Origin: Klebsiella phage KPN8
Length of the DNA: 64,000 nt
Sequence record: OP079919.1
Strand: one strand, 5' to 3'
Under the pieces are notes generated by a model. That model did no database searches. It was not told the DNA's origin and saw only the letters and a program-made list of their open reading frames with translations. Positions 20,764-29,086 of this stretch are shown here, piece after piece. Both the position numbers and the translations under genes were made by a program. The first letter of the stretch is position 1, and each line of letters opens with the position of its first letter.

Positions 20764-20799
20764 TACAACATGTCTGATGCCGTGATTTGAGGTGGTCTC

Positions 20800-21132
20800 A
20801 TGAAAATAATGGTTTTAGTTGAAAAAGATCTTACCCCGAATGAAATTATGGAATCCAATATTCCGGGACTAAGATTTGAGATAGTAGGGCCAAATCGATT
20901 AGGCGACAGTCTATTTGATTTCCCCCAGAGAAAAGCTCTGGGTGGGGATAAGGATGTCGTTTTGGTATCTCAGGAAATACCCGAGATTATAACAACCAGA
21001 CTTTTCTTTATTGAATGTGGTGAATTTGCTAAGATAATAGGACGCACCCCATTTCGCCTAATAGAGGCGAAAATAAAGAAATACATCGTCGATAACTTAC
21101 ATCGCGCCATTTTAATTACCGAGGGTCAATGA
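20800..21132 (+). CDS. hypothetical protein (110 aa), paralog of 20542
   Basis: MVLVEKDLTP...FEIVGPNRLG. Confidence 0.55.
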   Translation: MKIMVLVEKDLTPNEIMESNIPGLRFEIVGPNRLGDSLFDFPQRKALGGDKDVVLVSQEIPEIITTRLFFIECGEFAKIIGRTPFRLIEAKIKKYIVDNLHRAILITEGQ

Positions 21133-21133
21133 A

Positions 21134-21460
21134 ATGAAAGTAACGATTCAAGTACTCGAAGACAGAGAAGTCGATATCATCGAGGCTCTAGAAAAGTGTT
21201 TGTTCATCCCCCATTTCTATTTCGTACATCGGGGGCGCGATAAACGAGAATTCTTAGGGGAGGACGACGATTCCATTTTGATCATCTCACAGGAGTTGGT
21301 TGATTGTTGTCCTGAACTGGTCGTATTGGAATGCGGGGATTTGGAAAAACTGTGTTTCTCCCAACGACGCGCCAAAACCGAAAAAGAGGTTATTATCGAA
21401 TACCTCAAAGCCAATCGAGAAAAGATTATCAAAGTCACTGACTTGCCGGGGTACTATTAA
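21134..21460 (+). CDS. hypothetical protein (108 aa, acidic)
   Basis: GAGGG 8 nt before ATG. Confidence 0.55.
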   Translation: MKVTIQVLEDREVDIIEALEKCLFIPHFYFVHRGRDKREFLGEDDDSILIISQELVDCCPELVVLECGDLEKLCFSQRRAKTEKEVIIEYLKANREKIIKVTDLPGYY

Positions 21461-21993
21461 TGACCGCTCGTTATTTTGCCGGTGATTTCCATTTAGGAGA
21501 CCCCTCTATTATCAAATACCGTAAGCAGTTTAAAACGGTAAAGGAGCACGATGAATTTATCGCTGATACGATTTTGGTTAAACCTCGTGATCACGACATA
21601 CTAACGATCGTGGGTGACGGATTCATTAAACCAGAATCGTTGTTCATTCTGAAGAAGTTCCCGTATAAGAAACATCTTATCCCAGGGAATCACTGTATGG
21701 AGAAAGGCGTTAAAGTTACTGATCTCGCTGCTTTCTTCGACGTTGTTACCGGATCGTTTAAATGGAAGAGTGGGTTCTTCGTATCCCATGAACCTCAACA
21801 TCCTGATCATCTCCGAGGTCGCATCAATATTCATGCTCATTTGCATGATAAAGTGATTGAAGACGAACGTTATATCGGGGTGTCGTTAGAACAAACCGGT
21901 TATCGTTTAATCCATCACGATGAGATCTTATCTGGTTCTTATCGTACTTATCGAGCGCCAAGATTAGAAGATCATCTTCACGTAGGAAAATAA
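21460..21993 (+). CDS. calcineurin-like metallophosphoesterase, paralog 1
   Basis: GDFHLG...GDGF...GNHC...HAHLH motifs; TAATG coupling. Confidence 0.7.
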   Translation: MTARYFAGDFHLGDPSIIKYRKQFKTVKEHDEFIADTILVKPRDHDILTIVGDGFIKPESLFILKKFPYKKHLIPGNHCMEKGVKVTDLAAFFDVVTGSFKWKSGFFVSHEPQHPDHLRGRINIHAHLHDKVIEDERYIGVSLEQTGYRLIHHDEILSGSYRTYRAPRLEDHLHVGK

Positions 21994-21995
21994 TT

Positions 21996-22256
21996 ATGGA
22001 TCTAGATAACGATATTGTTAGTAAAGAGCATCCCAAACCGATGAGTATAAGCACAGTGTATGGTGATGAGAAAGAAATAGCCTCTCGTGTGTGCGTCATC
22101 GACGCCTGCGTTAATTTCAGCAGGGCTATTGAAGAAGCATGGTTGAAATTACAAAAACCAGAAAAGGTAACAAAAGTCGATTTGAGCTTCGTTATGGAAG
22201 ATGGAAATACATGTGACATAACCGTGGTTAAAAAGATAGAAGATGAAGTATTGTAA
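21996..22256 (+). CDS. hypothetical protein (86 aa)
   Basis: AGGAAAATAATT-ATG. Confidence 0.5.
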   Translation: MDLDNDIVSKEHPKPMSISTVYGDEKEIASRVCVIDACVNFSRAIEEAWLKLQKPEKVTKVDLSFVMEDGNTCDITVVKKIEDEVL

Positions 22257-22332
22257 ATCTTTACGAAGCTAAGCGAGATAAAGAACTTAAGGCAACGTTG
22301 AAGAAAATTGTTCCCATTAGTAAGGTGTAAAG

Positions 22333-22677
22333 ATGAATCCATTTAACATTTATTTTTCTGCTTCTCCCCTGGGGTCCGCTATAGGGTTAGCGATCTTGCT
22401 AGTCCTTGGGTGGTTTTTTATTTACCGCAGCCCTACGGTGATTAACCAAGTTATCGGTAAACAGAAACGCGTCTACGTTGTTTTGTTCGTCCTGGTATTT
22501 TTTATCGGGAGTTGTTTTAATATAGGTACTCGGCAAGCTGAGCTTAATCGTTCTCAGTTCGACACCCAGATGAACACTGAGATCATCAAGAAATCACCTA
22601 CCTCCACGGAAGTCTTCGATGCCCGTGGTAACTTTAATCAAGCGTTAGATAAAGCAAAAAAGGAAAATGAACAATGA
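22333..22677 (+). CDS. membrane protein (114 aa, 2 TM), possible partner of SPFH protein
   Basis: two hydrophobic helices; ATGA overlap with SPFH gene. Confidence 0.55.
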   Translation: MNPFNIYFSASPLGSAIGLAILLVLGWFFIYRSPTVINQVIGKQKRVYVVLFVLVFFIGSCFNIGTRQAELNRSQFDTQMNTEIIKKSPTSTEVFDARGNFNQALDKAKKENEQ

Positions 22678-23540
22678 AGAAACTTTTCTCAATTGTGGGA
22701 TTAGTGATGATTGCAACTTTACTCTCTGGATGCGGTCAGATTGTAGAACCTGGTTTTAAAGCCAAGTTCCTTTCTTCCAGCGGTTACAGTAACGAGATCA
22801 AGGAGCCGGGTAAATATCAAGTTTGGTGGGGCGAGAAGTTGATTAAACTTGATACCTCGACCAAAGCGATATCCATTCCTCTCACTGTTAAGATGGCGGA
22901 TGAAATGGATTTATCCTTTAGCGTTAACTTCCGTACCCGAGTCGGGGGTAACGATAAAGTCCTGAACGCCATGTTTAACGACATTCGACCTCAGGATACC
23001 GATAAGGGTCTGATCATCTCCTTAGATCAGGTATTCTCGGTTTACGGTAATGACGTAGTGAGTAACGTTGCTCGTTCCGTAGTGGGGAAATACAAAGTCA
23101 GTGAGGTCTCTAAAAACTACGACACGATCAACGAGCAACTTCAGGCTAAGTTAATCGAAGCGATGAAGAACAACCCGCTGGAAGTGTCCAACGTGACCGT
23201 CGCTAACATTACCTGGCCTAAAGTCATTACTGACGCCATCGAAAAGCAACAAGAACGTGAACTGGCAATCAAGACAGAAGAAAACCAGCAAGCGATAGAA
23301 ATGGTTAAACGCACTAACCAGCTCAAACTCGCCGAAGCTGACCGAGAGATCGAACTCACTCGAGCGAGAACCCTGCGAGATCAGAATGCCATTACCGCCG
23401 ATGGCTTAAGCGATAAACTCATCGCTTATAAAGCGTTAGAGGTTCAACAATCCATGACAGATAACAAGTCGGCGGTGTTTGTCCCTTATGAAGCGTTCAA
23501 TGCACCCGGATTGTCCAACCGCATCTTTAGTGCCAAATAA
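22674..23540 (+). CDS. SPFH/band-7 (HflC/prohibitin-like) lipoprotein
   Basis: lipobox LLSGC; band-7 core plus EQQERELAIKTEENQQAIEM coiled-coil; 288 aa. Confidence 0.65.
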   Translation: MKKLFSIVGLVMIATLLSGCGQIVEPGFKAKFLSSSGYSNEIKEPGKYQVWWGEKLIKLDTSTKAISIPLTVKMADEMDLSFSVNFRTRVGGNDKVLNAMFNDIRPQDTDKGLIISLDQVFSVYGNDVVSNVARSVVGKYKVSEVSKNYDTINEQLQAKLIEAMKNNPLEVSNVTVANITWPKVITDAIEKQQERELAIKTEENQQAIEMVKRTNQLKLAEADREIELTRARTLRDQNAITADGLSDKLIAYKALEVQQSMTDNKSAVFVPYEAFNAPGLSNRIFSAK

Positions 23541-23550
23541 TTAACAATTA

Positions 23551-23590
23551 ATCTGGTTGGGCTCATCCAACCAGATTACCTTTACTTTAG
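23551..23590 (+). terminator. intrinsic terminator-like hairpin (ATCTGGTTGG-gctcat-CCAACCAGAT)
   Basis: 10-bp stem; moderate T content after. Confidence 0.5.
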
Positions 23591-23603
23591 GAAAAAAAAT
23601 ATC

Positions 23604-24167
23604 ATGATCAATTGCTTGAGTGCCAATGAGTCAGAATTGTTTAAAAAGCAATGGAACGAATACGTAGAGGAAGGGCTTCCCGGACTCGATGAAAGAATGA
23701 AGGGCCCGATGCTGATCCTGAACGCAATACCTGGGGTAACGACCCGATTTTGTTGTTCCGGTCATACCTTTGAAGAAAGGCTATCATCTCACCCGACCAA
23801 AGTTTATTCTCGAGTACAGAAAAGGAATTTCATTTTTGTTGTTGAGGTGGCGCACCCAACCATTTTTTCAGTATTTGATAAGTTCTTTAAATCTTTAGAT
23901 GAGGACGAGTTTATTTTCTGCCGACCTTCTCTAGAGACCACTCTGCTTAAGAAAAACTTTGGTGGTCGTGAAGTATATCCGGTTTGGGTATTCGAAATGA
24001 ACTGGGTTTACGAACTTACCGAGGAGGAAAAAACAAAAGGGAGAGACGAGGTTCAAAAAGAACTGTGGGAGAGACTCCTCAGAGAACTTTTCCTTATTAC
24101 CTCCCCTGAAATTCGCAACGAATATTATTCCAGGTCGGTTTTTACTCATCCCCATCAACCTAGCTAA
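23604..24167 (+). CDS. hypothetical protein (187 aa), upstream of nadR
   Basis: TTTACTTTAGGAAAAAAAATATC-ATG. Confidence 0.65.
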   Translation: MINCLSANESELFKKQWNEYVEEGLPGLDERMKGPMLILNAIPGVTTRFCCSGHTFEERLSSHPTKVYSRVQKRNFIFVVEVAHPTIFSVFDKFFKSLDEDEFIFCRPSLETTLLKKNFGGREVYPVWVFEMNWVYELTEEEKTKGRDEVQKELWERLLRELFLITSPEIRNEYYSRSVFTHPHQPS

Positions 24168-24181
24168 CTAGGGACTTTATC

Positions 24182-25291
24182 ATGTTTGATATCGGCATCG
24201 TCGTTGGTAAATTCGCCCCGCTCACTCAGGGTCATATCAACCTTATCACCCAAGCCTCCCTCCAGGCTAAGAAAGTTATCGTTGTGTTAAGTCACGACAG
24301 TCGCTGGTTAGCGCAACAATGTCCTCGTGATCAGAAGGCGTTGACGTTCACCAACCGTCTTCGTTGGTTACAGCAGCATTACGCCGATTCTGACCATATT
24401 GATATTAAATATATCATCGAAGATGACATCCCGGAATTCCCCAACGGATGGAGCGCTTACTGTAACCTCCTCAGGAAGATCTACACTGAGGAACAGCACA
24501 AGAAATATAAAGGAATCGGATCAGTCGACAACACTCGTCGGATTGCTCAGACCGTAGCCATTTTCAGTAGCGAAATCGATTACGATAAAGGCTACGAGGA
24601 GCATCTTCCTGAAGTCAGTCACGTCGTCGTTGACGCGCATCGTACGGCGGTTCCAATTAGCGCGACTAAAATTCGTGAGAATCTTTACGCCAACTGGGAA
24701 TACCTCCCTTCTATTGTTCGTAAGGACTACACCAAACGGATTGTCATCCTCGGTCAGGAATCTTGCGGTAAAAGTGTCATGGTCAAGAATCTGGCTAAGA
24801 TGTTTAATACGTCCTGGGTAGAGGAGTACGGTCGGACGTATTGTGAAACAGAGCTCTGTGGTTCAGAATCGACACTCCGTAGCGATGATTATCCTATTAT
24901 CGCTTATCGCCATAAGGAGCTGGAAATCCAGGCCATGCGCTCAGCCAATCGTATCTGCATCGTGGATACGAACGCGTTCATTACTGAATACTACCATCGG
25001 TTGTATGAAGGAAAACCTAACCGGATCGTTTCCGCAATTGCTGCTGAGGAAAACTACGATTTAGTTATCGTACTCAAGCCTACAGTGCCGTGGGTCGACG
25101 ACGGCCTTCGTAGTAATCCCGAAAGACAACGCACGACTGAACTATTTAATCTCATGTGTCTGGAGTTCCCTAATCAGCTCCCGGGAGGAAGAACGTTCTA
25201 TATTTCTTCCCCTGATTACAAAGTTAGGTTCGATCAGGCTTACGAGATTATCAAAACCTTTACCCAGCGTGTTAACTCAGGTGAATTTTAA
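24182..25291 (+). CDS. nadR: bifunctional NMN adenylyltransferase / ribosylnicotinamide kinase (NadR-like, no HTH domain)
   Basis: N-terminal GIVVGKFAPLTQGHINLI (GxFxPxHxGH NMNAT motif); C-terminal ILGQESCGKSVMVKNLA Walker A of RNK domain; 369 aa. Confidence 0.85.
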   Translation: MFDIGIVVGKFAPLTQGHINLITQASLQAKKVIVVLSHDSRWLAQQCPRDQKALTFTNRLRWLQQHYADSDHIDIKYIIEDDIPEFPNGWSAYCNLLRKIYTEEQHKKYKGIGSVDNTRRIAQTVAIFSSEIDYDKGYEEHLPEVSHVVVDAHRTAVPISATKIRENLYANWEYLPSIVRKDYTKRIVILGQESCGKSVMVKNLAKMFNTSWVEEYGRTYCETELCGSESTLRSDDYPIIAYRHKELEIQAMRSANRICIVDTNAFITEYYHRLYEGKPNRIVSAIAAEENYDLVIVLKPTVPWVDDGLRSNPERQRTTELFNLMCLEFPNQLPGGRTFYISSPDYKVRFDQAYEIIKTFTQRVNSGEF

Positions 25292-25987
25292 ATGAAAGAA
25301 CTTTTTAGCGTAATCTATACTGATTTCCAGAGCGGATGGAGTCGTAAGGAATGGCTGTGGTTAGTCGTAGCCGTCTCGGCTGTTGTAGTTGGGAGTATCT
25401 CCGCTTCGCCACTGGAATTCTGGGCGGGTATATTCAACGTCGTCTGCGTTATTCTTGTTGCTAAAGGTCGACTCTCCAATTACTATTGGGGACTATTAGG
25501 GGTGGTTCTCTACGCGATCGTTTCCTACAAGCAACAACTCTACGGCAACATGGCGCTTAACGTCATTTACTTTGGATTCCAATTCTGGGGTATTTACGAA
25601 TGGCGTAAAACATTGCTGAATAAGACTGATGCTGGCGTTGACGTATCCGTTAAAAGACTGTCACTTCTCCAGTTCCTTCAGATGACGTTCGTTGTTTTGG
25701 CGGGGACCTTTGCAGTCAGTTTGTTCCTTCGTCATATCGGGGATAGCTCACCTGTATTAGATGCGTTTACGATGGTAGCGAGCTTAATCGCTATGGGCTT
25801 GATGGTTAAACAGTATTCCGAACAATGGTTACTCTGGATACTGGTCGATATCGCTTCTATTTACATGTGGGTCATTCCTGCTTTAGACCAACCTGGTTCT
25901 TGGTCCATGGTAGCGATGTGGACGGTCATCACCGGTAACGCGCTGTACGGCGCTTACATGTGGTTTATTGTTAAGATAAATAAATAA
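25292..25987 (+). CDS. pnuC: nicotinamide riboside transporter PnuC
   Basis: 231-aa polytopic membrane protein; EQWLLWILVDIASIYMW matches PnuC ENWLLWVIINVISV; adjacent to nadR. Confidence 0.85.
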   Translation: MKELFSVIYTDFQSGWSRKEWLWLVVAVSAVVVGSISASPLEFWAGIFNVVCVILVAKGRLSNYYWGLLGVVLYAIVSYKQQLYGNMALNVIYFGFQFWGIYEWRKTLLNKTDAGVDVSVKRLSLLQFLQMTFVVLAGTFAVSLFLRHIGDSSPVLDAFTMVASLIAMGLMVKQYSEQWLLWILVDIASIYMWVIPALDQPGSWSMVAMWTVITGNALYGAYMWFIVKINK

Positions 25988-26012
25988 TTCCGATAATAGA
26001 GGATAAAATATC

Positions 26013-26714
26013 ATGCGTGAGAACTATGACATTAATGCCACTTCAGACGACGTCTTCTTTAATCACTCTAAATCATTTAAGCTGGTGAGCAAAGCGATTA
26101 AGAAGATCAGTTCAGCAAAATGGGAGGGGGTTTTTAGTGACCCTACCCAGAATGCTGCCCGTGGGTATGATGAAGGCCGGTTCGATAACATCCTCCGCGC
26201 AATGTATTCTGAAGATTTGGCGAGGGCCTTGGACTTTGCTATTCATCGCAACGAGATTGCCCGAATAGATATCGCCATCATGATGATGAAACCTGAAACC
26301 AAAATCGATTACCATTTTAGGCACGATATCCCCTATCGTCAATGGGGATATCTTAGTTTCCGATCTGATTTAACAATTGCCAGCGCGGATCAGCTCGACA
26401 GCAATCCCTTTTTCTTCACTACGCTCTTGCGGGAGCTCAAAAGAGCGGGGATTTACGATTACAACGTAAACGCGATCAGCGAGCTTTATCAACTTGTACA
26501 TCTGGCCTCTATCGCGCTGTCGTACACTGGTTTGAGTGGATTGGGGGAATCGGATTCCTACCAGAACGCAATCGGTGTCGCCATGCAGGTAATTCGTCGT
26601 TGGGGCGCGGGAGAGAGTTCTGAAGTTATGAGTGATCTTGATCGAGCCACTCAGATTTGGTCGCCTTCGGAATCGGACTATGTTAAGTTTTACGAAGAAT
26701 TGGTCATCGGATAA
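26013..26714 (+). CDS. hypothetical protein (233 aa), downstream of pnuC
   Basis: AGAGGATAAAATATC-ATG. Confidence 0.65.
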   Translation: MRENYDINATSDDVFFNHSKSFKLVSKAIKKISSAKWEGVFSDPTQNAARGYDEGRFDNILRAMYSEDLARALDFAIHRNEIARIDIAIMMMKPETKIDYHFRHDIPYRQWGYLSFRSDLTIASADQLDSNPFFFTTLLRELKRAGIYDYNVNAISELYQLVHLASIALSYTGLSGLGESDSYQNAIGVAMQVIRRWGAGESSEVMSDLDRATQIWSPSESDYVKFYEELVIG

Positions 26715-26813
26715 CGAAGCGTAATTAAATTTAATAGTATGGTCAGTCGACCTAGGTGAGAGTGATCTTGTAGGTTACTCTCATTCCTTTCGTAAATATC
26801 GGAGAAATAAAAA

Positions 26814-27329
26814 ATGGCTAAAGAAAACGTTGTTCGTATTCCACTGTATAATTTAGGTAATCTTTCTTGTGTAGGGTATCGAGAAGGGTGTGGGTATAAC
26901 GTTAAGGTTTATTGGGGTGATTATCTGCTGGCCTCTAAACCTAATCTCACCCAAGCACTCGACTTCGCTTATATCGGAGTTCGACTCTTCTCCCCGATTC
27001 ATAGTGAATGGTTAACCAACGATCTGCGCTTAACTATTTGTGAATCTTTGATAAAAGCCCGTTTATTAATTGATGGCAATCATAGCGTAGAGCGTTCTTC
27101 TGTTCTTTCAGAGGGATTCCTTAAACATTGGAAAACAGGTGAGTCTGGAGTAGACTATTATCTGGAAGTACGTCTTGCTAGAGACCCGGGTAAAATAGAA
27201 GACGACATCGTTCAAGTCACCTTAAAGTATGACAACGACGGGTGCAGCTTCACTCATAGCTTCAAGAAATACGCTTCCGTTTTCAACTATAAAGAACATT
27301 TAGGCCTTTTCAAACAAGTTACCCGCTGA
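26814..27329 (+). CDS. hypothetical protein (171 aa)
   Basis: GGAGAAATAAAAA-ATG; terminator after. Confidence 0.65.
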   Translation: MAKENVVRIPLYNLGNLSCVGYREGCGYNVKVYWGDYLLASKPNLTQALDFAYIGVRLFSPIHSEWLTNDLRLTICESLIKARLLIDGNHSVERSSVLSEGFLKHWKTGESGVDYYLEVRLARDPGKIEDDIVQVTLKYDNDGCSFTHSFKKYASVFNYKEHLGLFKQVTR

Positions 27330-27336
27330 GTCATTC

Positions 27337-27372
27337 TAACTCCTACTCCCGATAAGGGAGTAGGAGTTATTA
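27337..27372 (+). terminator. intrinsic terminator, palindromic family member 3 (TAACTCCTACTCCC-GATAA-GGGAGTAGGAGTTA)
   Basis: 14-bp perfect stem; identical to element at 56851. Confidence 0.7.
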
Positions 27373-27416
27373 CACATGTAAATAAAAACAGACCTTTATT
27401 ATCTCTATGTGGAATA

Positions 27417-27436
27417 AACCATAATCTTTTTAGGAG
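27417..27436 (+). promoter_or_regulatory. 20-nt exact repeat AACCATAATCTTTTTAGGAG (copy 1), candidate promoter/-10 CATAAT plus SD
   Basis: identical 20-mer also at 50404-50423, each just upstream of a GTG-AAC start. Confidence 0.45.
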
Positions 27437-27444
27437 CATGTAAC

Positions 27445-27747
27445 GTGAACATCTATTTAGTTAAACCAATGGAATTTACTGGCGACGAAGATATCAACGG
27501 TATGGTCGTTGTAGCACCTGACACCAACACCGCCTTGCTGACCCACCCTCATATCGACGCAGACGGCAATACCTTCGAATGGGAAGTCGAAACCAATTCT
27601 GAAGCTGGTAACTGGGTGGATGATGAGGGCCGAACTGACATCTTCCACGGCTGCGCTTGGCCGGCTCCTGATCGTTTACACTGTGTTCTGTTGGGCGTAG
27701 CCGCCGACGGGATGGAAGAAGGTATCGTGTTGGTCGATCGTGATTAA
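27445..27747 (+). CDS. small highly acidic protein (100 aa, net charge about -17), GTG start
   Basis: 21 D/E vs 4 K/R; TTTTTAGGAGCATGTAAC-GTG. Confidence 0.6.
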   Translation: MNIYLVKPMEFTGDEDINGMVVVAPDTNTALLTHPHIDADGNTFEWEVETNSEAGNWVDDEGRTDIFHGCAWPAPDRLHCVLLGVAADGMEEGIVLVDRD

Positions 27748-27757
27748 GGGGTAACGC

Positions 27758-28276
27758 ATGAAAGTCGTTAGATTTGGGAACCTGACCGTTAATAAAGATA
27801 ACAAGCTGGAGATAACACAGTTTAATTTTTCCAGTGAGTCCAACGGCGAACCCGTCACACCGGCTGGTATGGTGAAAGCTATTGTCAAATGGCTAAACAG
27901 TCATGTCGGGAACACCGATGGGATGTTCAATCCCATCAAAGACTTAAACGGAGTCCCGCTTATCGCAGGAGTAAATATCCCAATTGATCAATCCAAGTTG
28001 GTTATGCCTAAAAGTGTGGCTTTAGCCGAACTGGATCCTCCTGTTTTTAGCACCAACGAATATACGTTCCTGGAAGTAGAGGAACGCGTTTATCAGCTCA
28101 TAGCGATGCAAATAGGTATAACGCTCACTACCGAAATGGGTGTCATTCCTGGCTCGGTTGAACTGATTGATGTGGATGACTCTCGTCCACATCCCGACAA
28201 TGTCGTAGGTTACTGCCTGACATTAGAAAATCCACCGCGGTATTTCTTGAAAGTTAAGAATAAAGGAGTTCGGTAA
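27758..28276 (+). CDS. hypothetical protein (172 aa)
   Basis: AAGGGGTAACGC-ATG. Confidence 0.6.
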   Translation: MKVVRFGNLTVNKDNKLEITQFNFSSESNGEPVTPAGMVKAIVKWLNSHVGNTDGMFNPIKDLNGVPLIAGVNIPIDQSKLVMPKSVALAELDPPVFSTNEYTFLEVEERVYQLIAMQIGITLTTEMGVIPGSVELIDVDDSRPHPDNVVGYCLTLENPPRYFLKVKNKGVR

Positions 28277-29061
28277 TGTTAGAGACCCAGCTTAAAGATC
28301 GCCTGACCATCCTGAATACTTTCGAATGGTTTACCTACTTCTGGAATAAATTCGAGGAAGGCATGTATGATGTAAGGCGAACCATGCATAGCGCGTCGGT
28401 TGCGATTAATAACGGCGATTGTGCGGTAGCCGCCTTGGCAGTAGGTTCTGTTTTGAATCGTCGACTGGATGTTAACGTTGGAATGGCTCGCAACACTCTT
28501 CACGCCTGGGTCACTATCGGTAGCGATATCTTCGATACCGAATACCCCACAGGACACGATATATCAAGTTTTAAATCTAAATGGGGCGATCGTATCAGTG
28601 AGGTGGTTTTAACACCTGAGACCCTCGTAGAAGAGTTTATGCCGTGCGATCTGGTAGGCGCTTATCTCGTAAAAGAATTCTGCGGGATAATGTGTGAACC
28701 GCATCCTAAAGAAATCGATTTTCTCCTGAATAATCCTACCGAATACGAATCACGGGAGGGTGTTCACAAAATCGAAAAGGCTATTGCGTTCGCAGTAGAG
28801 GAAACTCTGAAAGCTCGCCGGGTAGTAACCACCATCAAACACGAGTCTTACTTCACTGCTAAAGAAGCCACGATGGATCATGAACTCAAAGATCACGTCA
28901 GGGATATCTATTCCGGTATTCTGATCTGCGTACTGGTGGATAAGAACGATTACAAAGTGATCGGAGAGTCTTATCGCAAAGGACCAGAAACAGAACGCAC
29001 ACTCCTGGCGAGATCAAGAGCCAAGTTTATCGCTCTGGATAAACTTAAAGACGTAGCGTGA
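28276..29061 (+). CDS. transglutaminase-like cysteine protease fold protein (putative)
   Basis: Cys-His-Asp arrangement GDCAVAALAVG...HAWVTIG...DTEY; TAATG coupling. Confidence 0.45.
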   Translation: MLETQLKDRLTILNTFEWFTYFWNKFEEGMYDVRRTMHSASVAINNGDCAVAALAVGSVLNRRLDVNVGMARNTLHAWVTIGSDIFDTEYPTGHDISSFKSKWGDRISEVVLTPETLVEEFMPCDLVGAYLVKEFCGIMCEPHPKEIDFLLNNPTEYESREGVHKIEKAIAFAVEETLKARRVVTTIKHESYFTAKEATMDHELKDHVRDIYSGILICVLVDKNDYKVIGESYRKGPETERTLLARSRAKFIALDKLKDVA

Positions 29062-29086
29062 TCATTCAATTTTAGGAAATAAAATC

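Noticed and set aside
21824-22342. 172-aa minus-strand ORF
   Set aside because: Antisense to the coupled plus-strand genes 21460-21993, 21996-22256 and the start of 22333; low-complexity Ser/Ile/Leu-rich translation.
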